The notes: generated by a model from the sequence alone, not told the origin. Positions 30,409-40,821 are shown, counted from the stretch's first letter. The stretch is DNA of 64,000 nucleotides from Bacilli bacterium (GCA_051872335.1 JBJEDT010000037.1:151-64150); one strand, 5' to 3'. Program-made: numbers and translations.

Positions 30409-31551
30409 CTACTTTTTAATATCCGTTCTTCTACCTTTATAATAAGTTTCTTCAATAATACCTCCACCTAGCATTCTTGAATCTAAATAGAATACTGCTG
30501 CTTGTCCAGTGGTTACAGCTTTGTATGGTTCATCAAAAATTAATTCAATCGTATCATCATCAATAAATCTTAATGTAACGCCATTATCTTGTTGGCGATA
30601 TCTAAATTTGCAGCCAACATGAAGTGGTTCAATAATTTTATCAGCAAGCCAGTTGATATTTTTTATAATTGCTCTATCTGAAAATAAATGTTCATCTTCT
30701 TTTTCATCGGCTACATATAAAATATTATTTTTAACATCTTTATAGCATACAAACCAGGAACGTGGTTCTCTTCCTGAAATACCACCAATTCCTAATCCTT
30801 TGCGTTGTCCGATTGTATAATACATTACTCCATCGTGTTCTCCAACAACTTCATTAGAATTAATATCTATAATTTTGCCTTTATTTGCTGGTATATAATT
30901 TTTTAAAAATTCTTTAAAATTTCTTTCTCCAATAAAACATACGCCAGTAGAATCTTTCTTATCGGCAACATTTAAATTTAATTCTTTAGCAATTTCTCGT
31001 ACTTTTGGTTTATCAATGTCTCCTAAAGGAAATAAACATGAAGCTATTTGTTCGTTATTAATCTGTGATAAAAAATAAGTTTGATCTTTATTTAAATCAT
31101 AAGCTTTATGAAGTTCAACTGTTCCATCTTTATTATCAACTCTTTTTGCATAATGACCTGTAGCAATAAAATCACAGCCTTGAGATTTAGCAAACTTTAA
31201 AAATGCATCAAATTTAATATATTTATTACAGAAAATATCCGGATTAGGTGTTCTACCTTTATTATATTCTTCTAAAAAATAACTAAAAACATAATCCCAA
31301 TATTCTTTTATAAAATCTATTCTTAATAACTCTATTCCAAGTTTTTTAGCTACTTCTTTAGCATCTTCATAATCTTTTTCTTGTGGACAACATGAATCAT
31401 TTAATGTTGGATTCCCTAAGAAATCACCATTTGCTATGGCATCCCAGTTTCTCATAAATCCACCAACGACTTCATAACCTTGTTGTTTAAGTAAATAAGC
31501 AGCAACAGCTGAATCTACTCCTCCTGATAAACCTATCATTACTTTAGTCAT
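30409..31551 (-). CDS. mnmA: tRNA 2-thiouridine(34) synthase
   Basis: SGGVDSAV, TPNPDIFCN, DQTYFL, DSTGVCFIG, YTIGQRKG. Confidence 0.97.
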   Translation of the reverse strand: MTKVMIGLSGGVDSAVAAYLLKQQGYEVVGGFMRNWDAIANGDFLGNPTLNDSCCPQEKDYEDAKEVAKKLGIELLRIDFIKEYWDYVFSYFLEEYNKGRTPNPDIFCNKYIKFDAFLKFAKSQGCDFIATGHYAKRVDNKDGTVELHKAYDLNKDQTYFLSQINNEQIASCLFPLGDIDKPKVREIAKELNLNVADKKDSTGVCFIGERNFKEFLKNYIPANKGKIIDINSNEVVGEHDGVMYYTIGQRKGLGIGGISGREPRSWFVCYKDVKNNILYVADEKEDEHLFSDRAIIKNINWLADKIIEPLHVGCKFRYRQQDNGVTLRFIDDDTIELIFDEPYKAVTTGQAAVFYLDSRMLGGGIIEETYYKGRRTDIKK

Positions 31552-31552
31552 T

Positions 31553-32008
31553 TTACATCCCCCACATTTCTTTAGAATCTAACATTAATGTAAAAGGACC
31601 ATCATTTGTAAAACTAATTTTCATATCAGCACCAAATTGTCCTCTACTAATTTGTCCAAATTGATTTTCTAATTCTTTACAAAATTCATCATATAATATA
31701 GAAGCTTTATCAAATGCTAATGCATTAACAAAAGAAGGTCTTCTTCCTTTAGCAACATCAGCATATAAAGTAAATTGTGAAACACACATTATTTCTCCAT
31801 TAATATCTTTTAATGATAAATTAGTTTTACCATTTTCATCAGGAAAAACACGTAAAGTAATAATTTTATCGATGAATTTCTTTGCAAGATTTATATCATC
31901 ACCTTGGGTAAAACTAATTAAAATTAAAAAACCTGAATCTATGGAAGAAAAAACTTTATCATCTATTGTTAAATAACAATCTTTAACATTTTGAATAACA
32001 GCCCTCAT
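31553..32008 (-). CDS. dtd: D-aminoacyl-tRNA deacylase
   Basis: MRAVIQ, SQFTL, FGADM, NDGPFT. Confidence 0.95.
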   Translation of the reverse strand: MRAVIQNVKDCYLTIDDKVFSSIDSGFLILISFTQGDDINLAKKFIDKIITLRVFPDENGKTNLSLKDINGEIMCVSQFTLYADVAKGRRPSFVNALAFDKASILYDEFCKELENQFGQISRGQFGADMKISFTNDGPFTLMLDSKEMWGM

Positions 32009-32117
32009 TTTAATTCCTCCATACTTTTATTATTATACAAGTTAATTAAAGTTATTTTAATACTTTTATATAAAAACAAAGAAAAATCTTGCTATAATAA
32101 AAAAGGTAGGTGATGCT

Positions 32118-33371
32118 ATGAATACACCATTAGCTTATAGGATTAGACCTTATTATTTAACAGATATTATTGGTCAAGAGCATTTAGTTGGTAAAGATGG
32201 TTTTTTAACAAGTTGTGTTGAATCTAAAACTTTAGTTTCAATTATATTTTATGGACAACCTGGATGTGGTAAAACTACTCTTGCAGAAGCTTTTGCTCGT
32301 TCAATGGATGTTCACTTTATAAAATTAAATGCAGTTACAAATAACAAAAAAGATTTAGAAAATGCTATTGAAGAATCAAAACTTTTTCCTTCTACAATAA
32401 TTATAATGGACGAAGTTCATCGTTTAAATAAAGATAAACAAGACTTACTTTTACCATATGTTGAAAGTGGTGAAATCTATTTAATAGGTGCTACTACTTC
32501 TAATCCTTATATTGCTATAAATCCTGCTATTAGAAGTAGATGTCATTTATTAGAAGTAAAATCATTGACAACTGAAAATGTAATAAACGGATTAAAAAGA
32601 GCATTAAGTCATCCTCAAGGTCTTAATAATGTATCAATTGATGAAGAAGCTTTATTAGCAATAGCAAAATCATCTTCAGGTGATATGCGTTTTGCCATCA
32701 ATACTTTAGAAGTTGCTTCTTTAAATGGCAAAAGAACACATATTACATTAGATATTGTTAAATCATTAAACAAAGTACCTAATTTTTTAGCAGATAAAAA
32801 TGAAGAAGATCATTATAATAATGTTTCCGCTTTACAAAAATCAATACGTGGAAGTGATGTTGACGCAGCTTTATATTATCTAGCTAAATTATGTGCTGCT
32901 GGTGACCTTGATAGTATCGAAAGACGCCTATTAGTAACAGCTTATGAAGATGTTGGACTAGCTAATCCTAATGCTGTAAATAGATGTGCAACAGCAATTG
33001 AAAGTGCTAAAAAAGTTGGTTTTCCTGAAGCTATAATTCCACTAGCTTTTACAGTTTGTGATTTAGCTTTATCTCCTAAATCAACTGCAAGTCATGACGC
33101 AATTGGTAGGGCAATGGAACAAATAAATTCAATGCCTTTAGATGTATTAGATTATTTAAAATATACACCTGTGAATTTAAATGAACAAGATAAGTACCCA
33201 TATGATAGACCTGATTTATGGGAAAAGATTCAATATCTTCCTACATTAATAAAAGATATGCAATTTTATAAGCCTTCAAATAAATCAGCTTATGAAAGAG
33301 CATTAAATGAAAACTATGAACGTTTGCGTAAAATCAATCGTTCCAGTAATTTAAGAGATCTTAAAAAATAA
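32118..33371 (+). CDS. rarA: Replication-associated recombination AAA+ ATPase (MgsA/RarA)
   Basis: PLAYRIRP, GQPGCGKTT, DEVHR, SALQKSIRGSD. Confidence 0.95.
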   Translation: MNTPLAYRIRPYYLTDIIGQEHLVGKDGFLTSCVESKTLVSIIFYGQPGCGKTTLAEAFARSMDVHFIKLNAVTNNKKDLENAIEESKLFPSTIIIMDEVHRLNKDKQDLLLPYVESGEIYLIGATTSNPYIAINPAIRSRCHLLEVKSLTTENVINGLKRALSHPQGLNNVSIDEEALLAIAKSSSGDMRFAINTLEVASLNGKRTHITLDIVKSLNKVPNFLADKNEEDHYNNVSALQKSIRGSDVDAALYYLAKLCAAGDLDSIERRLLVTAYEDVGLANPNAVNRCATAIESAKKVGFPEAIIPLAFTVCDLALSPKSTASHDAIGRAMEQINSMPLDVLDYLKYTPVNLNEQDKYPYDRPDLWEKIQYLPTLIKDMQFYKPSNKSAYERALNENYERLRKINRSSNLRDLKK

Positions 33372-34736
33372 TTATAAATTATCTCGGCCCTTTGCTTGGG
33401 GCCTTTTTATTATGTAAAAAGTTTCTTCTAAATCAAATGGATATAAAGGATGTAAATATGATTTATTGAAGACTCTTATATTTGCTAGAAGTAAAAACAA
33501 AAGTGTAATGAACAATATATAGCCATATTTTCCAAATAAAAATACAACAATAATAAAAATGTATTTAATGAATTTGTTTGTAAGTGATAATTCGAAAGAA
33601 GGAGTTACAAATCCACATAAGCCTTCTATGGCACATAAAAGCATAACCTCTTCATATAAAAAGCCTTGCTTAATACTAACTTCACTCAAAATTATTGCCG
33701 ATATTAAGCCAATTGTTGAAACTAATACATTAGGAATATGTATTGCCGACATTCTAATAACGTCAAATAAAAATTCTACTATTAGTACTTGAGCTAACAA
33801 AAATGATGATAAGCTTATTGTCATATATTTTTGAAGGCCATTATTAAAAGGTGTTGTTGATAATAAACAAAACCATGTTGGAATTAAAAAGAAAGAAACT
33901 ATAAGACATAAAAATCTTACTAATCTCGAAAAAGTACCTAATATGGGGTTTAAACGAAATTCTTCAATATGTTTAGTATGATCAAATAAATTTGAAGGAG
34001 TAATTAAAGCACTGCACGAATTATCAACTAATATTATGAACTTCTTATTTAATAAGGAAATACATGCAACATCAGGTCTTTCTGTGTAACGTACTAAAGG
34101 AAATGGATTATATCTTTGTTTTACTAGTAGCTCTTCTAAAGCTTTATCAGTCATAATTAATGAATTAACATCAATACTATTTAATTTTTCTCTTAGTTCA
34201 GATAATATCGAATTATCTACTATTTCTTTAATATAAATAAGAGAAACATTAGTTTTAGAAATTTTGCCTATCACGAATGATTCAATAATTAGATTATCTG
34301 ATTTTATCCTTTTTCTAATAAGAGCAATATTATTTATTATATTTTCATTAAAACTATCTTTACTTCCTCTAACAGATTTTTCAATGGCTGGTTCAGAGAT
34401 ACTTCTAATAGGAAATAGCGCAGAATCAAAAATAATAGCAAAATCAAAATCTGGTGATAAAAAAACACTATTTCCACTTAAAATATTATCTATAATTTTA
34501 GTAGTTTCTTTTTCTATTGTATGATTTAATAAAATCATATTTTCTTTCATACAACAATTTGTAAATTCATTAAAGTATTTATCAATAACATAAATAATTT
34601 TTATATCTGTGACAGTTTTACAAAAGTATAAAAAACATCTCTTACTATTAATAATTAAGTTCTTTCTTACAATATCAAAATTTTTACCAATCAGCCTGTC
34701 ATTTATTATCTTTATCGTGTTTTTAAAATAACTCAT
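33372..34736 (-). CDS. spoVAF: SpoVAF / GerA-family spore germination protein
   Basis: RSISEP..EKSVRGSKDSFNE, NPFPLVRYTERPD, TPSFELS; last gene of spoVA operon. Confidence 0.82.
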   Translation of the reverse strand: MSYFKNTIKIINDRLIGKNFDIVRKNLIINSKRCFLYFCKTVTDIKIIYVIDKYFNEFTNCCMKENMILLNHTIEKETTKIIDNILSGNSVFLSPDFDFAIIFDSALFPIRSISEPAIEKSVRGSKDSFNENIINNIALIRKRIKSDNLIIESFVIGKISKTNVSLIYIKEIVDNSILSELREKLNSIDVNSLIMTDKALEELLVKQRYNPFPLVRYTERPDVACISLLNKKFIILVDNSCSALITPSNLFDHTKHIEEFRLNPILGTFSRLVRFLCLIVSFFLIPTWFCLLSTTPFNNGLQKYMTISLSSFLLAQVLIVEFLFDVIRMSAIHIPNVLVSTIGLISAIILSEVSIKQGFLYEEVMLLCAIEGLCGFVTPSFELSLTNKFIKYIFIIVVFLFGKYGYILFITLLFLLLANIRVFNKSYLHPLYPFDLEETFYIIKRPQAKGRDNL

Positions 34737-35086
34737 TAGGCTTTTGGTTTAAAAATAAGGCTACAAATGAAAGATAAAACTAAAATGACAGTTAAAGATA
34801 GTGAAGCTGGAATAAAAATATTTTCTAATATTCCTATAACTCCTTTTGATAGTGCTCCTAATTTTGCTTCATGAGCTAAACTATGACCAAAAGATGTAAT
34901 TAAAATATAAGCACCACCACCACAATTTTTAATAAAAAAATCATATATATTAAATGAATCTAAAAATACACCTGCTATAACAAATATTGAAGTAATATGC
35001 CCTGGAGATAATTTTGTGAATTGATAAATAGTTTCTCCAATTGCACACATTATTCCAGCAAATAAAAATGAAAATATCCAAATCAC
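34736..35086 (-). CDS. spoVAE: Stage V sporulation protein AE (SpoVAEb)
   Basis: FAGIMCAIG, LSPGHI, GGGA.ILITSFGHSLA, IFKPK. Confidence 0.88.
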   Translation of the reverse strand: MIWIFSFLFAGIMCAIGETIYQFTKLSPGHITSIFVIAGVFLDSFNIYDFFIKNCGGGAYILITSFGHSLAHEAKLGALSKGVIGILENIFIPASLSLTVILVLSFICSLIFKPKA

Positions 35087-36084
35087 TACTTATCATCCTC
35101 CCTAAATAATTCTATAGCATGAGCAACTACAGGAATTTCTTTTTTTTGCTGAACAAAAGTTGGTGAAAATAATGCTCCTGTACCAACAATTAAAACCCTT
35201 TTTAAATCACCATTTATTAATCTTTTCATAATATCCGTTGCTAATACTAAACCAACGCACGCACTTCCACTTCCACCAGCATACATCTGTTCTTTTTTTC
35301 GTTCAAAAAGTAAAATTCCTGCATCTTTATGATTTTTTAATTTGATACCTTCTTCTTTTAAACATTGCTTTAAGACCTTACTTCCAACTGAAGATAAATC
35401 TCCTGTCAATATTTCATCATAATCATCAGGATTTTTTTGAAAAAAATTCAAATGGTCTTTTATTGTATGATAAGCTGCATATGCCATAGGGCTTCCCATA
35501 TCATTTACATCATTATGTTTTGGATTATATACTTGACCTATGGTACAACCATCTACTCTAATTTTTGTTTTTCTTTTTCCAATAATAATACTTGCTGCTC
35601 CTGTAGCTGTAATTGTTGTAGTATCTCTTTTTTGATAACCATAATCATTAGGATATCGAAATTGACGTTCTGCTACTTCACATGAAGATGATGAAAATGT
35701 AATTATGTTTTCAGCAATTTTTGAATCAATAAAAATGGAAGCAATAGCTATACTTTTTATAATAGTTGAACAAGCACCATAAGTTCCAATAAAAGAAAAT
35801 GGATAATTCTTTGCTACATAATTTGATACAGCTAGTTGATTAGTTAAATCTCCACCTATTAACATATTTATTTTCTTATATGGAATTTTTGCCCTATTTA
35901 AAGCATAAGTAATAGCTGTTTTAGACATTAAAACCTCTCCATCTTCAAATGTTTTACATCCAGCATAACTATTTTTGAATTGCTTATCTAATAATGCTCC
36001 TAGAGGTCCTTTACCTTCCTTTTTACCCCCACAACTTCCATAACCTTGTATATATACATTGTGTAATTCAACTGAGTAGGCCAT
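35086..36084 (-). CDS. spoVAD: Stage V sporulation protein AD (DPA-binding)
   Basis: GKKEGKGPL, GGDLTNQ, YGACST, ERQFRYP, GGSGSAC. Confidence 0.93.
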   Translation of the reverse strand: MAYSVELHNVYIQGYGSCGGKKEGKGPLGALLDKQFKNSYAGCKTFEDGEVLMSKTAITYALNRAKIPYKKINMLIGGDLTNQLAVSNYVAKNYPFSFIGTYGACSTIIKSIAIASIFIDSKIAENIITFSSSSCEVAERQFRYPNDYGYQKRDTTTITATGAASIIIGKRKTKIRVDGCTIGQVYNPKHNDVNDMGSPMAYAAYHTIKDHLNFFQKNPDDYDEILTGDLSSVGSKVLKQCLKEEGIKLKNHKDAGILLFERKKEQMYAGGSGSACVGLVLATDIMKRLINGDLKRVLIVGTGALFSPTFVQQKKEIPVVAHAIELFREDDK

Positions 36085-36533
36085 TATAATACTCCTAATA
36101 ATTTTAAGAAATAACAAATTAGTCCATAAAAAAATGCAGATATTACTCCATATGCTATAACACTTCCAGCAAGATTAAAAACCTTACTTCCAAAGCCAAA
36201 AATCGGGCCTTCAAAACGTGCTTCAATAGATGAAGAAATCATAGCATTAGCAAATCCTGTAGTAGGTAGAAATATTCCTGCACCTAATTTACTAGCTATT
36301 TTTTTATATGCTCCAGTAATTGTTAAAATTGCGGTAATAAAAACAACAGTCATAAATAAGTAATAAATACTTTCTTTTTCACTAGCGCCAATTAATGTAT
36401 TAAAAACAAAAAAGAGAAATTGTCCAATAAGGCCAACTAATCCACCACCCAAAAAAGCAAAAAGTATATTTTTAAATCTAGGTGTATTAGGTTTGCAATT
36501 ATCAACAATTTCTTTATATCTAGATAAATTCAT
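36084..36533 (-). CDS. spoVAC: Stage V sporulation protein AC
   Basis: AFLGGGLVGLIGQ, GAG..LPTTGFAN, FNLAGSVI; SD GAGGT. Confidence 0.9.
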   Translation of the reverse strand: MNLSRYKEIVDNCKPNTPRFKNILFAFLGGGLVGLIGQFLFFVFNTLIGASEKESIYYLFMTVVFITAILTITGAYKKIASKLGAGIFLPTTGFANAMISSSIEARFEGPIFGFGSKVFNLAGSVIAYGVISAFFYGLICYFLKLLGVL

Positions 36534-36551
36534 AGCTTTAACCTCTAGCAT

Positions 36552-36580
36552 TATTTTTTACTAGAAGTTTTAACTTATTC
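36552..36580 (-). promoter_or_regulatory. Sigma-G-like promoter of spoVA
   Basis: GAATA-N17-AAAAATA between sigF and spoVAC. Confidence 0.45.
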
Positions 36581-36581
36581 A

Positions 36582-37298
36582 TCAAGTTATTAAATTTCGT
36601 AATTTTAATAGAACTTTTTTTTCAAAGCGTGACACTTGAACTTGAGAAATATGAAATCTTTTAGCTAATTCATCTTGTTTAAATTCATCAAAATATCGTA
36701 GTTTTATAAATAATCTTTCTTTATTATTTAATTTTGATAAAGCATAATTTAAATCAATATTATTCAAAATTTTATCTTTTTCTTCAGTTCCAATTAAATC
36801 AAGTGGACAAAGGTTTGAATCATTATAAGGACTATTTATTGATATTACATCTAAAGCCTGATGAGCTTCGATAGCGAGGATAATTTCGTCTTCTTGAAAA
36901 GAAGAATTTTCTTTAATATCTTGAATAGTGATATTTCTTCCTAATTCTATTTCTAATTTAGTTTCAATACATTTAATTTCTCGATAAATTTCTTGATTTT
37001 TTCTTGAAATTTTTATTATTCCATTTTCGCGAAAATGTTTTCTAATTTCTCCTAAAATTAGAGGAACTGCATATGTTGAAAATTTAGTATTGTAATCAAA
37101 ATTAAACTGTTGAATAGCTTTTATTAAGCCTAATGTACCAATACTCAACAAATCCTCTTTATCTTCTTGCTTTATTAAATAGCGTTTCAATAATGCTGCA
37201 ACTAATGGTTTGTTTTTTTCTATACATTCAAATAATGCTTCTTTATCACCTAGTTGAGCCTTCCTTATTAAATCTTCATTGAGGATTTGCAATTCCAT
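36582..37298 (-). CDS. sigF: Forespore sigma factor sigma-F
   Basis: FSTYAVPLILGEIRKHFR, ISQVQVSRFEKK; follows spoIIAB. Confidence 0.9.
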   Translation of the reverse strand: MELQILNEDLIRKAQLGDKEALFECIEKNKPLVAALLKRYLIKQEDKEDLLSIGTLGLIKAIQQFNFDYNTKFSTYAVPLILGEIRKHFRENGIIKISRKNQEIYREIKCIETKLEIELGRNITIQDIKENSSFQEDEIILAIEAHQALDVISINSPYNDSNLCPLDLIGTEEKDKILNNIDLNYALSKLNNKERLFIKLRYFDEFKQDELAKRFHISQVQVSRFEKKVLLKLRNLIT

Positions 37299-37731
37299 AG
37301 TTATCTTGCAAACTACTTATAAACTCTTTTTTAATAAAAATTTTAGTCCCCATGTCAACTACTGACCTAATAGAAAATTCATCAGATAATGCTTGAATAA
37401 TAGTTAATCCCATGCCTGCTCTTTCTAAATCAGGTCTTGTTGTAAATTTAGGTTTTAAAGCATCTTCAATATTTTCAATACCGATACCATAATCGATTAT
37501 TTCCATTTCTAAGCAAGAATCAAGCAAGGAACATTTAATTGTTATTTCTTTCGAAGCATCAAGTTTATAACCATGAATAATAGCATTACTAACAGCTTCA
37601 GAGACGATTGTTTTAACTTCTGCTATCTCATCTAATGATGGATTAAGTATCGATATAAAAGAAATTACTGCTGTTCTTACAAATGATTCATTACTTAAGG
37701 AAGCATTAAAACGAAGTTCCATTTTATTCAT
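37276..37731 (-). CDS. spoIIAB: Anti-sigma-F factor / kinase
   Basis: NESFVR, VSEAVSNAIIHGY, ERAGMG. Confidence 0.95.
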   Translation of the reverse strand: MNKMELRFNASLSNESFVRTAVISFISILNPSLDEIAEVKTIVSEAVSNAIIHGYKLDASKEITIKCSLLDSCLEMEIIDYGIGIENIEDALKPKFTTRPDLERAGMGLTIIQALSDEFSIRSVVDMGTKIFIKKEFISSLQDNYGIANPQ

Positions 37732-38081
37732 ATTTTTACCTTTACCTTTCTTTTAAATGTTTCTATATCTTGATACTCGGATAATATGGAAAATAAACCT
37801 GTCATTTGAATTATTTTTCTTGTATATGGAGTAAGACCTGTTATTCCACAAATACCACCAATTCTACGAATTTCATTGTATCTACCTAATATAAGTCCTA
37901 TTCCAGAACTATCTAGAAAGGATAAGTTAGAAAAATCCCAAAGTATCGATCGTACATAATATCGATCAATCTCTTCTAAAATCAAGGACCGATATGACAT
38001 CACTCTAAGTGAATCAAGATCACCGGAAATTGATATGATTATGCCATCTTCAAATGGAGTAATTTTTATTTTACTTTCCAT
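37728..38081 (-). CDS. spoIIAA: Anti-anti-sigma-F factor (STAS)
   Basis: FLDSSGIGLILGRY with phospho-acceptor Ser; SD AAGGAGG before ATG 38081. Confidence 0.92.
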   Translation of the reverse strand: MESKIKITPFEDGIIISISGDLDSLRVMSYRSLILEEIDRYYVRSILWDFSNLSFLDSSGIGLILGRYNEIRRIGGICGITGLTPYTRKIIQMTGLFSILSEYQDIETFKRKVKVKI

Positions 38082-38110
38082 TATTTTCCTCCTTAATCGG
38101 TATACTAGCA

Positions 38111-38176
38111 CAATAAAAAAATGTCGTTTTTATATTCGACATTTTATTGCAAAACTTCTAAAAAAAAGATTCGACA
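38111..38176 (-). promoter_or_regulatory. spoIIA control region: sigma-H-like promoter and Spo0A boxes
   Basis: AGAAGTT(38153-38159)-N12-GTCGAAT(38134-38140); perfect TGTCGAA at 38135-38141 and 38170-38176. Confidence 0.75.
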
Positions 38177-38188
38177 AAAACTTTTAAT

Positions 38189-39340
38189 TTATACTATTAA
38201 ATTCAAAATAAACTCTCCTAAAAAATTCCAAAAGCCTAAACTTTCTACGCTGTGATCGACATATAGATCAAAATAATAACATTCATTATTATGTTTATTT
38301 TTTAAAATTAATTTCCCAACAATTTCATTTTCACAAAGTGGAGCATATGTTTTATGAAGTTCAACCTCATAAAGAATGTCTTCTTCTTTTACATCATTCT
38401 CTACTACAATAATAACTTCCCTATTTACTAATATATCTGTTAATTCTTCTTTTGATTTTTTAAAAGCATATGACAATATTACATCATTATTAGCAAACAA
38501 CACAATTGCTTTTAATTTACTAAAACCATAATTCAATAATATTTTTGTATCACAAGTTCTTTCCTCTTTTGTTTTTTCATTCATAACAACAGAGATTAAA
38601 CGAATATTATTTCTTTTTGCTGTTGCGGTTAAATTATAATTTGCCATATTTGTATAACCAGTTTTTAATCCATCCAATCCATCATATACACCTAGTAGTT
38701 TATTTGTATTTACAAGCCAAAAAGGTGATGATGTATCTTCTCTTAAATAAGCTTCTTTTAATCTAGTATATTGAAATAATGTCTCTCCAAACTTCACTAA
38801 TTCACAAGCTAATAAACTCATATCATAACAACTTGAATAATGTTCTTTATCATCAAAACCTGTACAATTTTTAAAGTTAGTATTTTCCATACCTAGTTTT
38901 TTAGCTTCTTTGTTCATAGCTTTTACAAACAAATCATTACTACCATACATATGCTCACCTAAAGCAGCTATGGCATCGTTAGCAGAATTTATACATACAG
39001 CTTTGAATAAGTCATCAACAGTCATTACTTCACCAACTTTTAAATAAATTTGTGTCCCTCCCATTGATGCTGAATATTCTCCACAAGTAACTTTATCTTC
39101 AAAATGTAAATTGCCCTTTTCTATAGCTGATAAAACTAAATACATTCCCATCATTTTAGTCATTGATGCAGGATAATGCTTCTCATGCATATTATTTTCA
39201 TAAATAATTTTCCTTGATGATGCTTCAACAAGTATTACAGATGAAGAATATAAATTTAGTTCATTACTATTAGTCGTTTCTTTAGGGGAAAATCTAAAAG
39301 TATTAAACATTAATAGTAAACATAAAAAAAGTTTATACAT
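38189..39340 (-). CDS. dacF: D-alanyl-D-alanine carboxypeptidase DacF
   Basis: SMTK, SAN, KTG motifs; signal peptide; upstream of spoIIAA. Confidence 0.88.
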   Translation of the reverse strand: MYKLFLCLLLMFNTFRFSPKETTNSNELNLYSSSVILVEASSRKIIYENNMHEKHYPASMTKMMGMYLVLSAIEKGNLHFEDKVTCGEYSASMGGTQIYLKVGEVMTVDDLFKAVCINSANDAIAALGEHMYGSNDLFVKAMNKEAKKLGMENTNFKNCTGFDDKEHYSSCYDMSLLACELVKFGETLFQYTRLKEAYLREDTSSPFWLVNTNKLLGVYDGLDGLKTGYTNMANYNLTATAKRNNIRLISVVMNEKTKEERTCDTKILLNYGFSKLKAIVLFANNDVILSYAFKKSKEELTDILVNREVIIVVENDVKEEDILYEVELHKTYAPLCENEIVGKLILKNKHNNECYYFDLYVDHSVESLGFWNFLGEFILNLIV

Positions 39341-39391
39341 ATATTTACCTCGCTAAATAATATGCATAAACTCAATTCTTATGATATTAAA

Positions 39392-40696
39392 CTACATTTT
39401 GATAACTTTATGAACTATTGGTGATACATCAACTTTTCCTTTACTTAACTTAAATGAATTATGAATATCTTCAATAATAGAATCATAATTATCTATATTT
39501 GTGTAAACATCACATAATTTATCTCCAATATTGACTTTGTCACCAACTTTTTTACTCAAGACAATACCAGCTGAAGGATCTATAATATCTTCTTTAGTTG
39601 CTCGACCAGCACCTAAACGCATTGCAGATTCTCCTATTTCTAAAGCATCTATACGACATACATAGCCTTCTTCTTTTGCTATAACTTCAATATGATTTTT
39701 AGAAACAGGGAATTTTTCAGGATGCTCTAAATAAGAAACATCTCCTCCTTGTGCACCAATCATTTGTTTTAGTTTTTCAAAAGCACTTCCATCAGCAATT
39801 ACTTTTTCTAACATTCTTCTAGCTTCTTGTTCATTTTCAGCAATCTTTGCTTGTACTAGCATAATAGATCCAGCAGCTAAACAAAGTTCAACAAAGTCAT
39901 GTGGCCCATGTCCTTTTAATGTATTAATTGCTTCCTTAACTTCTAAATTATTACCAATAGCTAAACCTAAAGGTTGGTTCATATCAGTTAAAATAGCTCT
40001 TGTATCACGATTTAGTTCATCACCAATTTCTACCATAGTACGTGCTAATTTTTCAGCATCTTCAATAGTTTTCATAAATGCACCAGCACCAAACTTTACA
40101 TCTAATAGAATAGCATCACTACCTGAAGCAAGTTTTTTAGACATAATAGATGAAGCAATTAAAGGAATTGATTCAACTGTACCAGTAACATCTCTTAAAG
40201 CATATAATTTTTTATCTGCAGGAACTAAATCACCTGTTTGACCAATAATAGCTAATCCATAATCATTAACTTGTTTAATAAATCTATCTCTTGCAACAGC
40301 AATTGAAACACCAGGGATAGATTCTAATTTATCAAGAGTACCACCAGTGTGACCTAAACCACGACCTGACATTTTAGCTAATTTTGCTCCACATGCAGCA
40401 ACCATTGGTCCTAATGCAAGTGAAGTTTTATCTCCAACACCACCTGTTGAATGTTTATCAACTTTTACACCTTTAATTGAAGATAAGTCAATAACATCAC
40501 CGCTATGTAACATAGCATCTGTTAAAACACCAATTTCCTTTTTGGTCATGCCATTAAATACAACAGCCATTGTAAAAGCAGACGCTTGATAATCAGGGAT
40601 AGATCCGTCAACATAACCGTTAACAAAGAATCTAATTTCTTCTGGAGTTAATTCTTTATTTTCTCTTTTCTTAATAATAATATCTAACATTCTCAT
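39392..40696 (-). CDS. pdp: Pyrimidine-nucleoside phosphorylase
   Basis: DKHSTGGVGDK, SGRGLGHTGGTLDKLE, SIMSKK. Confidence 0.96.
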   Translation of the reverse strand: MRMLDIIIKKRENKELTPEEIRFFVNGYVDGSIPDYQASAFTMAVVFNGMTKKEIGVLTDAMLHSGDVIDLSSIKGVKVDKHSTGGVGDKTSLALGPMVAACGAKLAKMSGRGLGHTGGTLDKLESIPGVSIAVARDRFIKQVNDYGLAIIGQTGDLVPADKKLYALRDVTGTVESIPLIASSIMSKKLASGSDAILLDVKFGAGAFMKTIEDAEKLARTMVEIGDELNRDTRAILTDMNQPLGLAIGNNLEVKEAINTLKGHGPHDFVELCLAAGSIMLVQAKIAENEQEARRMLEKVIADGSAFEKLKQMIGAQGGDVSYLEHPEKFPVSKNHIEVIAKEEGYVCRIDALEIGESAMRLGAGRATKEDIIDPSAGIVLSKKVGDKVNIGDKLCDVYTNIDNYDSIIEDIHNSFKLSKGKVDVSPIVHKVIKM

Positions 40697-40821
40697 AAAC
40701 GTTACCTCACTAGAATATTATACAATAATTTATATATATTTAAAAACAAAAATTATTAACATATAAATATAACTTTACAAGATTTATTTTAAATATGATA
40801 TGATAGATAAGAGGTAAAAAG

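Noticed and set aside
39358-39385. Sigma-E/F-like promoter before dacF (TCATAAG-N13-CATATTAT)
   Set aside because: Spacing does not fit sigma-E, -F or -G cleanly; plausible but not supportable
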